A stretch of DNA of 64,000 nt from Alphaproteobacteria bacterium (GCA_965261735.1 OZ253470.1:1696001-1760000); one strand, 5' to 3'; counted from the stretch's first letter, positions 19,635 through 30,537 are shown. Program-made: numbers and translations. The notes: a model not told the origin generated them from the sequence alone.

Positions 19635-19994
19635 ATGACCATTGAGCGTCTCGAGCCGCGCCTCGGCGCGGGTCCACACATGAGCCGCATCGTCGTGCAC
19701 GGCGACACGATTTATCTTGCCGGCCAGGTCGCGCAGGACCGCTCGGTCGGCGTGCGCGAGCAGACCGAGCAGATCCTCGCCAACATCGACCGCCAGCTGG
19801 CTACGGTCGGCAGCTCGCATTCCAAGGTGCTGTCGGCCGTCATCTGGCTCACCGATATGTCGAAGTTCGAGGAGCTGAACGAGGCCTGGAACGCGTGGGT
19901 CGATCCCGGCAACCTGCCGGTCCGCGCCTGCGTCAACGCCCAGCTCGCGCACCCCGACCCCAAGGTCGAGATCATGGTTATCGCCGCCAAGTAG
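19635..19994 (+). CDS. RidA/Rid family protein
   Basis: IYLAGQV, WNAWV..PVRACV, KVEIMVIAA; GGAGG RBS. Confidence 0.92.
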   Translation: MTIERLEPRLGAGPHMSRIVVHGDTIYLAGQVAQDRSVGVREQTEQILANIDRQLATVGSSHSKVLSAVIWLTDMSKFEELNEAWNAWVDPGNLPVRACVNAQLAHPDPKVEIMVIAAK

Positions 19995-20009
19995 CGGCGG
20001 CGCGGTCGT

Positions 20010-20684
20010 TCAGTCGCGCTCGGCGAGCGCCTCCTCGATCGCCGCGGTGAAGGCGGCGACGGCGGCCGCGGGTCCTTCGCGGTGCTCCCACACGGCGCCG
20101 ATCACGGCGAGGAAATCAGCGCCTGCGACGACCAGCGGCCGGCAGTTGGCGGGCGTAATGCCGCCGATGGCGACGCACGGTATTACCGTCGCCTCGCTCC
20201 ACCGGCGCAGGAGCTCCGGCGTGGCTCGTGTCGCCGGCTCTTTGCTGGTGCTCCCGTAAAAGGCGCCGAAGGCCACGTAGTCGGCGCCAGCTTCGCCTGC
20301 CTCCATGGCGAGGTGGAGCGAGTCGTGGCAGGTCACGCCGACGATCCCGTCGGCGCCGACCGCGGCCCGCGCCGCGGCGACATCCGCGTCCTCCTGGCCG
20401 ATATGGACGCCGTCGGCGCCGGTTGCCGCCGCGAGATCGGGCCGGTCGTTGATCAGGAGGGCGACATCGCGTTCGTGGCAGGCCGGGCGTAGCAAGTCGG
20501 CCGCCCGGCGAACCTCGTCGTCGGCCGCCCCCTTGAGCCGGAGCTGCACGCAGGCGACGTCATCGGCGTCGAGCGCTTCGCGCAGCGTCTCGGCGAAGAC
20601 CGCGGGCTCGAACGCCGGCGGCGTAATCAGGTAGAGCCGGCAGGCGGGCACGTCCTCGTCAGGTCCCGCCGGCCGACGCGCCAT
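20010..20684 (-). CDS. thiE: Thiamine-phosphate synthase
   Basis: LYLIT, QLRLK, INDR, GVHIGQED, VAIGGI. Confidence 0.94.
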   Translation of the reverse strand: MARRPAGPDEDVPACRLYLITPPAFEPAVFAETLREALDADDVACVQLRLKGAADDEVRRAADLLRPACHERDVALLINDRPDLAAATGADGVHIGQEDADVAAARAAVGADGIVGVTCHDSLHLAMEAGEAGADYVAFGAFYGSTSKEPATRATPELLRRWSEATVIPCVAIGGITPANCRPLVVAGADFLAVIGAVWEHREGPAAAVAAFTAAIEEALAERD

Positions 20685-20691
20685 GCCGGCC

Positions 20692-21723
20692 TCACGCGGC
20701 GGCGAGCTCATCCTCCATGCCTGGCTCGTAGCGGCCGTAGCGCGCGGCGCCATTGAGCTTGGCGCGATGCCGTAACGCCGCCTGCGCCGCCGCGACGTTG
20801 GCCGCGTCGCCGCGCCAGGCGGCGAGCACCGACGCCTGCAGCGCCCGCCCGTAGGAGAAGCTGAGCTGCCACGGCAGGTTGTCGGCGGCCGTGTTCATGG
20901 CGTTGAGATGGCGCGTGGCCTCCGCCTCGCTTTGGCCGCCGGACAGGAAGACGATGCCGGGCACCGCCGCCGGAACGACGCGCAGGAAAGTCGAAACGGT
21001 GGCCGCGGCGACCTCCTCGACGCCCGCCTTTAGTGGCGCGCCGGCCCCGGAGGTGATCATGTTGGGCTTGAGGAGCATACCCTCGAGAGCGACGCGGTGG
21101 ACGAAGAGCGCATCGAAAACGGCCTGCAGTGTGGCCGCGGTGATGTCGCGCGAGCGCCCGATGTCGTGGTCGCCATCCATCAGCACCTCGGGCTCGACGA
21201 TCGGCACCAGCCCGGCTTCCTGCGACAGCGCGGCGTAACGGGCCAGCGCATGGGCGTTGGCGTCGATGCAGTAGGCGCTCGGGATGCCGGCTCCGATCGT
21301 GATGACCGCGCGCCATTTGGTAAAGCGGCCACCGAGATCGCGATACTCAGCCAGTCGATCGCGCAGCCCGTCGAGCCCCTCGGTCATCTTTTCACCGGGC
21401 GCGCCGGCGAGGTCCTTGGCCCCCTTGTCGACCTTGATGCCGGGTAGGATGCCCTTGGCCGAGAGCAGCTCGGGGAACGGCGTCCCGTCGGAGGCCTTCT
21501 GGCGGATGGTCTCGTCGTACAGGATGACGCCGCTGATCTGCGCCTCGACACCCGGCGCCGTAAAGAGCAGTTCGCGGTAGGCGCGCCGGTTGTCCTCGGT
21601 CGAGGGAACGTCGATCCCGGCCAGCCGTTTCTCGATCGTGCCGGTGCTCTCGTCGGCGGCGAGGATGCCCTTGCCCTCAGCTACCAACGCGCGTGCCGTC
21701 GAGTCAAGCCCTTGAGCCGTCAT
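20692..21723 (-). CDS. Class I fructose-bisphosphate aldolase
   Basis: GILAADES, KWRAV, VPIVEPEV, LLKPNM, FLSGGQ, FSYGRALQ. Confidence 0.96.
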   Translation of the reverse strand: MTAQGLDSTARALVAEGKGILAADESTGTIEKRLAGIDVPSTEDNRRAYRELLFTAPGVEAQISGVILYDETIRQKASDGTPFPELLSAKGILPGIKVDKGAKDLAGAPGEKMTEGLDGLRDRLAEYRDLGGRFTKWRAVITIGAGIPSAYCIDANAHALARYAALSQEAGLVPIVEPEVLMDGDHDIGRSRDITAATLQAVFDALFVHRVALEGMLLKPNMITSGAGAPLKAGVEEVAAATVSTFLRVVPAAVPGIVFLSGGQSEAEATRHLNAMNTAADNLPWQLSFSYGRALQASVLAAWRGDAANVAAAQAALRHRAKLNGAARYGRYEPGMEDELAAA

Positions 21724-21801
21724 GATCGGACCTCCCTTCGCTCGGCCGGTGGCGCGAACGCGAGCCTCCTCCATATCGCAGCGCGCAGGGCCATTGCAAC
21801 G

Positions 21802-22308
21802 TCAAGTCGCAACGTGGGTGCTGCGCCGGCGGCTCCGCTGGAGCCACGCCGTGCAGGCGGCCCGCGCATCGCCGTGGTCGAGGAGGTCGAGGGCCCGCGC
21901 CGCGCGGGTATACAGGCGCGCGCCCGCGCTTTCGGCTGCTCCCGCAACCTGCTGCCGTGGCCCCGGCCGGCCGGTGAACAGCAGGTCGCGCCAGCCGGCG
22001 CGCAGTGCGGCATAAGCGATCGCGGAATCGTCGCCGCAGTCGAGGACGACCGCGTCGATGGCGCCGGCTTGCGGCCACTCGGCGAGCGCCGCCTCGACGA
22101 GCTGGCCCAGATACAGGGGCCCCGCGTAGGCGTGCGCGCCCGGCGCGGTGAGTAACGTCGCCGTGGTGCCGAGGGCGGCCGCGGCCGCCGCCGCGGCGCG
22201 CGCGTGGGCGACAGTGTGAAAGACGATGGGACGGCCCGCGAGGAGGCGGTGCCGGTCGGCCGGCGCAGCCGGCGCCTTCTGTGGTCGAGGGGCGGCGCGC
22301 CTAGCCAA
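21802..22308 (-). CDS. Conserved hypothetical protein between gap and the aldolase
   Basis: Fills the intergenic gap; LLTAPGAHAYAG and LDCGDD..A..ALRAG motifs; start (TTG 22308) uncertain. Confidence 0.65.
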   Translation of the reverse strand: MARRAAPRPQKAPAAPADRHRLLAGRPIVFHTVAHARAAAAAAAALGTTATLLTAPGAHAYAGPLYLGQLVEAALAEWPQAGAIDAVVLDCGDDSAIAYAALRAGWRDLLFTGRPGPRQQVAGAAESAGARLYTRAARALDLLDHGDARAACTAWLQRSRRRSTHVAT

Positions 22309-23308
22309 GCTTCCCGACGGCGACGGCGACGTCGACCATGCGGTTGGCGAAGCCCCACTCGTTGTCGTACCACGACACCACCCGGCACAGGCGGCCGACG
22401 ACGACATGCGTCTGCGTGAGATCGAAGATCGAGCTTGCGGGGTTGTGGTTGAAGTCGACCGAGACCAGGGGCTCGTCGTTGGTAACGAGGATGCCCTTGA
22501 GGCGGCCGCGGGCGGCGCGCACGATCGCCGCGTTGATCTCCTCGACGCTGGTCTTGCGCTTGGCGGTGAAGGCGAAGTCGACGAGCGAGACGTTGGCGGT
22601 CGGCACCCGCACCGCGGTGCCGTCCAGGAGGCCGGCGAGCTCCGGTAGTACCAAGCCGACGGCGCGCGCCGCCCCGGTCGAGGTCGGGATCATCGACTGC
22701 GCCGCACCGCGCGCCCTCCTGAGATCGCCGTGCAGCGTGTCGAGCACCGGCTGATCGCCGGTATAGGAGTGAATCGTAGTCATGAAGCCCTGGGCGATGC
22801 CGACCGCCTGGTTGAGCACGTGGGCCACGGGCACGAGACAGTTGGTGGTGCAGGAGCCGTTCGAGATCACGCGCTGCGACTTGCGCAGCTTGCCGTGATT
22901 GACGCCGTGGACGACGGTGAGGTCGGCGTCGGCGACTGGAGCGGAAACGAGAACCCGCTTGGCGCCTGCCGCGAGGTGCTGGGCCGCGGCCTCGCGCTTG
23001 GTGAAGAGGCCCGTGCACTCGAGGGCGACGTCCACGCCGAGCGTGCGCCACGGCAGCTTCCCCGGATCGCGCTCGGCCGTCACCTTGATCGCGCCGGTAC
23101 CGAGGTCGATGGCGTCCTTGCGGGCCTTCACCGTCCCCCGGAAGGGGCCATGGCTGGAGTCGTGGCGCAGCAGGTGGGCGTTGGTCGCGACCGGACCGAG
23201 ATCGTTGATGGCAACGACCTTGAAGTCGCGGCGCCGCGCTTCGTGGCCGGCGCGCACCACGAGCCTGCCGATGCGCCCGAAGCCGTTGATTGCGACCCTA
23301 GTCACCAT
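22301..23308 (-). CDS. gap: Glyceraldehyde-3-phosphate dehydrogenase type I
   Basis: INGFGRIGR, SCTTNCL, SWYDNEWG. Confidence 0.96.
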   Translation of the reverse strand: MVTRVAINGFGRIGRLVVRAGHEARRRDFKVVAINDLGPVATNAHLLRHDSSHGPFRGTVKARKDAIDLGTGAIKVTAERDPGKLPWRTLGVDVALECTGLFTKREAAAQHLAAGAKRVLVSAPVADADLTVVHGVNHGKLRKSQRVISNGSCTTNCLVPVAHVLNQAVGIAQGFMTTIHSYTGDQPVLDTLHGDLRRARGAAQSMIPTSTGAARAVGLVLPELAGLLDGTAVRVPTANVSLVDFAFTAKRKTSVEEINAAIVRAARGRLKGILVTNDEPLVSVDFNHNPASSIFDLTQTHVVVGRLCRVVSWYDNEWGFANRMVDVAVAVGKLG

Positions 23309-23319
23309 GTCCCCCTCCG

Positions 23320-25407
23320 CTAACCCTGGGCGCGGCGGTGGGCCAGGCGCTCGCGCGCTGCCGCGGCCACCGCCTCCGCCGTGATTCCGAAATGGGCGTA
23401 CAGCTCCCCGCCGGGTGCCGACGCGCCGAACCCAGTCATGCCGATAAAGGCACCATCCTCGCCGACATACCGGGCCCAGCCCAGTGGCGAGGCCGCCTCG
23501 ACGGCGACGCGCACCGTGTCCGGCGCCAACGTCTCCCGCCGATACCCCTCGTCCTGGGTATCGAACAGCTCCTGGCACGGCATCGACACCACGCGGGTTC
23601 CAATTCCCCCGGCGTGCAGCCGCTCGCGCGCGGCGAGCGCGATCTGCACCTCCGAGCCGGTCGCGATCAGGGTCACCTGCGCCGCGCCCTCGGCAGCGGC
23701 GATCTCGTACGCGCCGCGGGCGCACCGATTGTCCTCGGTATGGGCGCTTCGCATCGGGGGCACGCCCTGGCGCGTGAGCGCCAGCACCGTCGGCCGGTCG
23801 CGCGCCGCGAGCGCGAGCATCCAGCACTCGGCCGTTTCCACCCCATCGGCGGGGCGCATGACCAGCAGCCCGGGGATTGCGCGCAAGGCCGCCAGATGCT
23901 CCACGGGCTGATGGGTCGGGCCGTCCTCGCCCAGGCCAATGGAATCGTGCGTCAGGACGTAGATGACGCCGAGGCCCATGAGCGCCGCCAGCCTCAGCGC
24001 CGGACGCATGTAATCGGAAAACACGAGGAAGGTGCCCCCGTACGGGATAATGCCGCCGTGCAGCGCGAGTCCGTTCATGACCGCCGCCATCGCGTGCTCG
24101 CGCACCCCGTAGTGCACGTAGCGCCCGCCATAGTCGCCGGCCCGTACAACGCCGAGGTCGGCGGTCATCGTGTTGTTCGAGTCGGTGAGGTCGGCCGAGC
24201 CGCCGAGGGTTTCCGGTACCGCCGCGTTGACGACCTCGAGGACCATGTTGGAGGCCTTGCGCGTGGCCCATTTCTGGGGGCCGTCCGCGGCCCTTTCGAG
24301 GAGGTCGCGCTTGCATTGCGCCAGCGCGGCAGCCGCGCCGTCAGCGGCCTGGCCCGCGAGGCGGCGCTCGAAGTCAGCGCGCAGGCGCGGATCGAGCGCC
24401 GCGAGCCGAGCCTCCCAGGCGTCGCCGGCGGCACGCCCGCGCGCGCCGATCGCGCGCCATGCGGCAAGGATGGGCGGCGGAACCTCGAACGGCGGCGCCG
24501 ACCAGCCGAGCCGTTCGCGCGCCGCCGCGACCTCGCTCGCGCCGAGAGCCGCGCCGTGCGTGGCCGCGGTGCCCTGCTTGTTCGGTGCCCCGAACCCGAT
24601 GACGGTACGGCATGCAATGAACGAGGGCCGATCGCTCGCCTCGGCCGCGGCCAACGCCGCCGCCGCCGCGTTCGGGTCGTGGCCGTCGATGGCGGTGGTG
24701 TCCCAGCCGCTGGCGGCGAAGCGCGTGAGCGCATCGTCGCCCGTCGCCAGCGACGTCGGGCCGTCGATCGAGATCGCATTGTCGTCGAAGAGCACGGTCA
24801 GACGGTCGAGCCGGAGATGGCCAGCCAGCGACACCGCCTCATGGCTGATTCCCTCCATCAGGCACCCGTCCCCGGCGATGACGTAGGTGCGATGGCCGGC
24901 GACCTCGTCGCCGAACCGCGCCGCGAGGTGGCGCTCGGCGAGCGCCATGCCGACCGCGTTGCCGAGCCCCTGGCCTAGGGGACCCGTAGTGGTCTCGATA
25001 CCGGTGGCGGCGCCGTACTCGGGGTGTCCCGGCGTACGGCTGCCGAGCTGGCGAAACCGCTTGATCTCGCCGATCGTCATGTCGGCGTAGCCGGTCAGGT
25101 GGAGGAGCGCATAGAGCAGCATCGAGCCGTGCCCCGCCGACAGCACGAAGCGGTCGCGCGCCGGCCAGTCAGGCCGCGCCGGATCGAAGCTGAGGAAGCG
25201 CGAGAACAGCACCGTCGCCACGTCGGCCATGCCCATCGGCATGCCGGGATGGCCCGACTGCGCCGCCTCGACCGCATCCATGGCGAGGGTGCGAATGGCG
25301 TTAGCGAGGTCGCGATGCGACACCTGTTGCGCGTCCTCAGCCGCGCGCGCGTGTCCGGCGCGGGCGGTGGCGGAGGGTTCCCGGCGCAGCGTCATCGCGG
25401 GGTTCAT
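23320..25407 (-). CDS. tkt: Transketolase
   Basis: [41 protein letters not shown]. Confidence 0.97.
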   Translation of the reverse strand: MNPAMTLRREPSATARAGHARAAEDAQQVSHRDLANAIRTLAMDAVEAAQSGHPGMPMGMADVATVLFSRFLSFDPARPDWPARDRFVLSAGHGSMLLYALLHLTGYADMTIGEIKRFRQLGSRTPGHPEYGAATGIETTTGPLGQGLGNAVGMALAERHLAARFGDEVAGHRTYVIAGDGCLMEGISHEAVSLAGHLRLDRLTVLFDDNAISIDGPTSLATGDDALTRFAASGWDTTAIDGHDPNAAAAALAAAEASDRPSFIACRTVIGFGAPNKQGTAATHGAALGASEVAAARERLGWSAPPFEVPPPILAAWRAIGARGRAAGDAWEARLAALDPRLRADFERRLAGQAADGAAAALAQCKRDLLERAADGPQKWATRKASNMVLEVVNAAVPETLGGSADLTDSNNTMTADLGVVRAGDYGGRYVHYGVREHAMAAVMNGLALHGGIIPYGGTFLVFSDYMRPALRLAALMGLGVIYVLTHDSIGLGEDGPTHQPVEHLAALRAIPGLLVMRPADGVETAECWMLALAARDRPTVLALTRQGVPPMRSAHTEDNRCARGAYEIAAAEGAAQVTLIATGSEVQIALAARERLHAGGIGTRVVSMPCQELFDTQDEGYRRETLAPDTVRVAVEAASPLGWARYVGEDGAFIGMTGFGASAPGGELYAHFGITAEAVAAAARERLAHRRAQG

Positions 25408-25735
25408 GGCTTCGTCATCGCAGGTTCATGGCTTTCCGCCGGCGCCGGAGGGACCGGCGCCGATGACGCTCCAGCGCTCGCGTCACGCCGCCCCGGCCGC
25501 CTGGATGTGCCCTAAAATGCCGCGGCAAGATGACCGGCAATGGGCGCGCCGTCAACCTGCTAGTTGACCTCCTTAAGACCCCGCGCAGGTCCGGCTGCGG
25601 CGGTTGACGGGGTTGTCGAACGGACCCTATTCTTTGGGCGCGCGACGATGCTCGAGGTCCTCGCGACGTGAGTTTCCGCCTGCGGCGGCACACGCTGAAT
25701 CCGCTGCGTGATCGAAGGGACGAGTCGGGCCGGTC

Positions 25736-26035
25736 GTGAAAGCCGAACCATTGGCAAACATCGATGCCGCGAGCGCACGCCTCGAACAGGCGTTGGCCCG
25801 GCTCGAGGCCGCGATGGCGCAGGTCAGCGAGAGGGCGGGCCGCGCCGCCACGCTGGAGACGGAGCGCTCGCAGCTCGGTGACGAGTTCCGCACGATGCGC
25901 GCCGACCACGCGGCGATGAGCAAGCGCCTCGGCGCCGTCGAGACCGAGTACCGCGAACTCGAGAAGATCATCGACAACGTCGCGGCACGCCTCGATTCGA
26001 CGATCGGCCAGCTCAAGGCTCTGGCGGACGGCTGA
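25736..26035 (+). CDS. Small coiled-coil protein upstream of zapA (DUF4164/ZapB-like)
   Basis: Heptad coiled coil; typical position before zapA. Confidence 0.75.
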   Translation: MKAEPLANIDAASARLEQALARLEAAMAQVSERAGRAATLETERSQLGDEFRTMRADHAAMSKRLGAVETEYRELEKIIDNVAARLDSTIGQLKALADG

Positions 26036-26036
26036 C

Positions 26037-26387
26037 ATGCCGAGAGTCGACGTCAAGATCAACGGACACGCTTATCAGGTCGCGTGCAAGGAGGGCGAGG
26101 AGTCGCACCTCGCCGACCTCGCCGAATACGTCGACCGGCGCGTGTCGGAGCTGATCGATACCGTCGGCCCGGCGAGCGAGACCCGGCTTATGTTGATGGC
26201 CGGCCTGGTGATCGCCGACGAGCTGTCGGAGACGCTCGACAAGGTGGAGGCGCTCGAAGCTTCCGTCACCGATGCCCGCGAGCGCCGCGAGTCCGACAGC
26301 GCGGCCGTGGCCGAGAAGGCGGGGCGTGCGATCGACGTCCTGGCGCAGCGCCTGGAAGCTATTGCGGCACGCCTCGAGAGTGCTTAA
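26037..26387 (+). CDS. zapA: Cell division protein ZapA
   Basis: INGHAYQVACKEGEE, LMAGLVIADEL. Confidence 0.9.
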   Translation: MPRVDVKINGHAYQVACKEGEESHLADLAEYVDRRVSELIDTVGPASETRLMLMAGLVIADELSETLDKVEALEASVTDARERRESDSAAVAEKAGRAIDVLAQRLEAIAARLESA

Positions 26388-26395
26388 CTTAAGAG

Positions 26396-26562
26396 GCGGG
26401 CGGGCACTGCCCGGTACGACGGCCTGTACATCCCTGCGGCCAATATCGATCCAAACGGGAGCTGTCCCTGCCGGAGTCGAGGCTTTGGTATATGGCGCCC
26501 ACCTGCAACTGCAGGCCACGGCGGATCGTTTCGGACCGACGGCCATGGCGGTCCCGCCCACT
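26396..26562 (+). ncRNA. ssrS: 6S RNA
   Basis: Canonical zapA-ssrS-ygfA position; closing stem GCGGGCACTGCC/GGCGGTCCCGC; GGGAGCTGTCCCTG and GCGCCCACCT motifs; promoter TTGCGG-17-TAACTT at 26362-26390; ends approximate. Confidence 0.85.
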
Positions 26563-26574
26563 ACACCCCCTTTG

Positions 26575-27150
26575 ATGATGACCCTCGCCGAAGTGAAGAG
26601 TGCGCTTCGCGGCCGCAGCGCCGAGCGGCGTCGTGCGGCGAATGCCGACGCCGGGGCCGCGCACGCGGTGGCGACGCTTTTCATGGCGGCGCACGCGCCC
26701 GTGGCGGGCGCGGTGGTCGCGGGCTATTGGCCGCTGCGCGACGAGCTCGACCCGCGGCCGCTCATGGAGCGGCTCGCGGACGCCGGCTGCGCGCTCGCGC
26801 TGCCGGTCGTGGTGGCGCGCGGCGAGGCACTCGCGTTTCGCACCTGGACGCCGGGGGCGGCGCTGGTGCCCGGCGTCTTCGGAACCTCGGTGCCGCCCGC
26901 GACGGCGCCGCTCGTGCGCCCCGAGGTGCTTCTCGTGCCTCTCCTCGCGTTCGACGCCGCGGGCTACCGGCTCGGTTACGGCGGCGGCTACTACGACCGC
27001 ACCCTGCGCGCGCTGCGGCGCGGGCCCGGGCCTGCGTTAGCGGTCGGCATGGCCTACGCCGACCAGGAGGTGGCAAGCGTCCCCCACGGCGCGCGCGACG
27101 AGCGCCTCGACGGGGTGGTCACAGAGGCGCAAGCGAGGAGCTTCCGGTGA
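26575..27150 (+). CDS. ygfA: 5-formyltetrahydrofolate cyclo-ligase
   Basis: VPLLAFD..GYRLGYGGGYYDRTL. Confidence 0.94.
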   Translation: MMTLAEVKSALRGRSAERRRAANADAGAAHAVATLFMAAHAPVAGAVVAGYWPLRDELDPRPLMERLADAGCALALPVVVARGEALAFRTWTPGAALVPGVFGTSVPPATAPLVRPEVLLVPLLAFDAAGYRLGYGGGYYDRTLRALRRGPGPALAVGMAYADQEVASVPHGARDERLDGVVTEAQARSFR

Positions 27151-27965
27151 GGCTGCTGTTCCTCGGCGACATCGTCGGCCGCGCCGGGCGCAGCGCCGTG
27201 TGCGATGGGCTGCCGGGCTTTCGCGAGCGTTTGGCGCTCGACTTCGTCGTCGCCAACGGCGAGAACGCAGCCGGCGGATTCGGCATCACCGCCGCGATCT
27301 GCCAAGAACTCTACGCGGCCGGTGTCGATGTCATCACCACCGGCAATCACGTCTGGGCGCAGCGCGAGATCATTTCCTATATCGATAGCGACCCGCGCCT
27401 GCTGCGCCCGCACAACTTCCCCAAGGGGACGCCGGGCCGGGGCGCCAAGGTCTACGACCTCGCAGGCGGCCGCAAGGTCCTGGTGATCAACGTGTTGGGC
27501 CGCATCTTCATGGATCCGCTCGATGATCCTTTCGCCGCCGTCGAGGCGGAGCTCGACAAGGTGCGCCTCGGCGGCACCGTGGCCGCTATCCTCATCGACG
27601 CCCACTGCGAGGCCACGAGCGAGAAGGCCGCGCTCGGGGTCGCATCGGACGGGCGCGTGTCCATGGTGGTGGGCTCGCACAGCCACGTGCCCAGCGCCGA
27701 TGGGCGCATCCTGCCGGGCGGCACCGCCTATCAGTCCGACGCCGGGATGTGCGGCGACTACGACTCCATCATCGGCATGGAGAAGGACGAGCCGCTCGCC
27801 CGGTTCGTGCGCAAGATGTCGGGCGGCCGTTTCACCCCGGCGCTCGGCGAGGCCACCGTGTGCGGCACCTACGTCGAGACCGACGACAAGAGCGGCCTCG
27901 CGACCTTCATCGCGCCCCTGCGCCACGGCGGCCACCTCAAGCCCGCCTGGCCGCTGCAGAACTAG
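27147..27965 (+). CDS. ymdB: YmdB-like metallophosphoesterase
   Basis: FLGDIVG, NGENAAGGFG, TGNH, HCEATSEK, GSHSHV. Confidence 0.92.
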   Translation: MRLLFLGDIVGRAGRSAVCDGLPGFRERLALDFVVANGENAAGGFGITAAICQELYAAGVDVITTGNHVWAQREIISYIDSDPRLLRPHNFPKGTPGRGAKVYDLAGGRKVLVINVLGRIFMDPLDDPFAAVEAELDKVRLGGTVAAILIDAHCEATSEKAALGVASDGRVSMVVGSHSHVPSADGRILPGGTAYQSDAGMCGDYDSIIGMEKDEPLARFVRKMSGGRFTPALGEATVCGTYVETDDKSGLATFIAPLRHGGHLKPAWPLQN

Positions 27966-27989
27966 CACCGGGCCGCGCCAGGCTTCTCG

Positions 27990-28622
27990 ACCGGCCGGAT
28001 GGCACTGTGGTGATGCCGTCGTGGACCGACGACGATGACCGGCCCTTCGACGCGACGCAGACCCGGGCTGCCGCCGATCTTGGGGTCGTTGCCGATGCGT
28101 TTTGGAAGCTCCCGCGCGTCCGCCGGAGCGCCCACCCTTTCGCCTTCGCCGCGAGCGGGCCGAAGGCGGCACAGATCCTCTCCGATCCGCTCGCGCTGCC
28201 GCCACATCAGCACGCTAGCCCGGCGGGGAAGGTCATGGATCACGACGGCCGGATCCTGTTGATCGGCGTGAACCACGATGCCAACACCACGCTGCATCTG
28301 GCCGAGCTATTGGCGGGCGTTCCTTACGGAATACCCAAGCACGTCACCGTGCTCGAGGACGATAGGCCGGCGCGAATCGACTACCTCGAGAACGACCACT
28401 GTTGTCGGCTGTTCGAACTCGCGGATGTCTGGATGACGCAAAACGGCCTTCAATCGGAAGGTGTTGTTGGCCACGCCCCGTCCAAGCTGATGCGCTCGCG
28501 CGACCTGGTCGATACGGCGCTTTCCCAGCTGGTGCGCAATCCCTTCACTTTCCTTCACCCCGAGAGAGTCCGGTTGCGAAGCGTGCGCGCGTGCCTGGAG
28601 AAGCGTCCTGGACCGAGAGTGA
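27990..28622 (+). pseudogene. AAC(3)-IV-like aminoglycoside N-acetyltransferase remnant
   Basis: GTVVMPSW, RSAHPFAFAA, HDANTTLHLAE, DYLENDHCC; 5' end missing; extra C at 28556-28561 shifts the GCEAC tail out of frame. Confidence 0.85.
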
Positions 28623-28657
28623 TATCAACGCCGTCCCCATCCCGGCGGAGCGGCACG

Positions 28658-29506
28658 TTAGGACAAGTGCGCGAGATCGTCGGCGGACAGGGTCAGGCGC
28701 GCCGCGGCGACGTTCTCCTCGAGGTGGGCGAGCGAGGACGTACCCGGAATCGGCAGCATCACGGGCGAGTGCGCGAGCAGCCAGGCGATCGCGACCTGGG
28801 CCGGCGTCGCATCATGGCGAACCGCCACCTCGCCGAGGGCGCCCTGGCCGCTCGCGTGCTGGCCGCCCTCGAGCGGAAACCAGGGCAGGAACGCCAGGCC
28901 CTCACGCTCACACTCGCTGAGTACGTCCGCGGACTTGCGCAGGCCTAGGCTGAAGCGGTTCTGCACGGACACGATGGCCGCGAGGCTGCGCGCGCGGCGC
29001 AGCTCCGCGACGCTCACGTTGGACAGGCCGATGTGACGGATCTTGCCCTCGGCCTGGAGGTCGACGAGCGTGCCGACCGAATCCTCGAAGGGTACGCGAG
29101 GGTCGGGCGAGTGGAGCTGATAGAGATCGATGCGCTCGAGCCTGAGGCGCTGCAAGCTCCCCTCACAGACGGCGCGCAGGTGCTCCGGGCGGCCGTCAGG
29201 GTCCCAGGCTCCGGGCCGCGGCCGCGTCAGCCCGCCCTTGGTCGCGATCACCAGGCCCTCGGGATAGGGGTAGAGGGTTTCCGCGATCAGTCGCTCGCTG
29301 ACCTCGGGCCCATAGGAATCGGCGGTGTCGATGAGCGTGATGCCGAGCTCGAGCGTTCGCCGCAACACGCGGCCCGCCTCGGCCGCATCGCGCGGCTCAC
29401 CCCACACATCGGGTCCGGTGATCCGCATGGCGCCGAACCCGAGCCGGTCGATGACCAGATCACCACCGATGGTCAGCGCGCCCGCAGGGCCTTCATGTTG
29501 CGGCAT
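28658..29506 (-). CDS. Aldo/keto reductase
   Basis: LGFGAM, IDTADSYG, IATKGG, IDLYQLH, IPGT. Confidence 0.93.
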   Translation of the reverse strand: MPQHEGPAGALTIGGDLVIDRLGFGAMRITGPDVWGEPRDAAEAGRVLRRTLELGITLIDTADSYGPEVSERLIAETLYPYPEGLVIATKGGLTRPRPGAWDPDGRPEHLRAVCEGSLQRLRLERIDLYQLHSPDPRVPFEDSVGTLVDLQAEGKIRHIGLSNVSVAELRRARSLAAIVSVQNRFSLGLRKSADVLSECEREGLAFLPWFPLEGGQHASGQGALGEVAVRHDATPAQVAIAWLLAHSPVMLPIPGTSSLAHLEENVAAARLTLSADDLAHLS

Positions 29507-29780
29507 GTCGACTCCGATGTTGTGGGCTGGCGAGCCCCCGTTGGGTTCAATCGATCCCCATCAAACCAGATTGGTCACGCCATACCAAGAGGTCGATGTG
29601 GGTCTCGCCGGATCGCTTCGCCCGGGTTCGTCCCGGCCGCAGAGGACGCAGCCCCCGCCGCCGCGCCTCAATGTTGCCATAAAGGATTGGTAGTTGTGAG
29701 GCGTGCGGCCGCACACAATATCTGGTACTAATTCGCCGGACATTCCCCATATCGCGCAAGGAACGTCGTCACGGCATCAC

Positions 29781-30530
29781 ATGGCGGGTCACTCCCAGTT
29801 CAAGAATATCATGCACCGCAAGGGCGCGCAGGACGCCAAGCGGGCCAAGCTGTTCGCCAAGCTCATTCGCGAGCTCACGGTGGCGGCGCGATCCGGCCAG
29901 GCCGACCCATTGGCCAACCCCCGCCTGCGCACCGCGATCGCGGCGGCGCGCGCGGCCAACATGCCCGGTGACAACATCGAGCGCGCCATCGCGCGCGGCT
30001 CCGGCGGCGGCGAGGGCACAGCCTACGAGGAGGTGCGCTATGAGGGCTACGGGGCTGGCGGCGTCGCCGTCATCGTCGAGGCTCTGACCGACAACCGCAA
30101 CCGCACCGCGGCCGCGGTGCGGACCGCGTTCAGCAAGCATGGCGGCACACTGGCCGAGAGCAACAGCGTCACCTTTCAGTTCGCTCGCGTCGGCTCGATC
30201 CACTTCGCTGCGGGCGCGGCGGACGCCGACGACATGTTGGAGGCCGCTATCGAAGCCGGCGCCGAGGATTGCGCCTCCGACGCCACTGGTCACGACATCA
30301 CCTGCGAGCCGGCCGACTTCAACGACGTGCGCGATGCCCTTGCCGAGCGCTTCGGTGCGCCCGAGCGGGCCGAGCTGATGTGGAAGCCGAACGCGACGGT
30401 GCCGCTCACCGAGGATCAGGCGCCGACCCTGCTCAAGATGCTCGAGGTCCTCGACGACAGCGACGACGTTCAGCAGGTCGCCGCCAACTTCGACGTCGAT
30501 GAGGCGGTCCTCGAGCGCCTCGGCGCCTAA
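29781..30530 (+). CDS. yebC: YebC/PmpR family protein
   Basis: [27 protein letters not shown]. Confidence 0.96.
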   Translation: MAGHSQFKNIMHRKGAQDAKRAKLFAKLIRELTVAARSGQADPLANPRLRTAIAAARAANMPGDNIERAIARGSGGGEGTAYEEVRYEGYGAGGVAVIVEALTDNRNRTAAAVRTAFSKHGGTLAESNSVTFQFARVGSIHFAAGAADADDMLEAAIEAGAEDCASDATGHDITCEPADFNDVRDALAERFGAPERAELMWKPNATVPLTEDQAPTLLKMLEVLDDSDDVQQVAANFDVDEAVLERLGA

Positions 30531-30537
30531 CGACAAC

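Noticed and set aside
27749-28948. 399-aa intact acetyltransferase ORF
   Set aside because: The N-terminus is an off-frame overlap with ymdB, and the C-terminus is frameshift read-through antisense to the aldo/keto reductase
29713-29728. NrdR-box-like ACACAATATCTGGTAC upstream of yebC-ruvCAB
   Set aside because: Single imperfect match without a convincing tandem partner, and no nrd genes nearby
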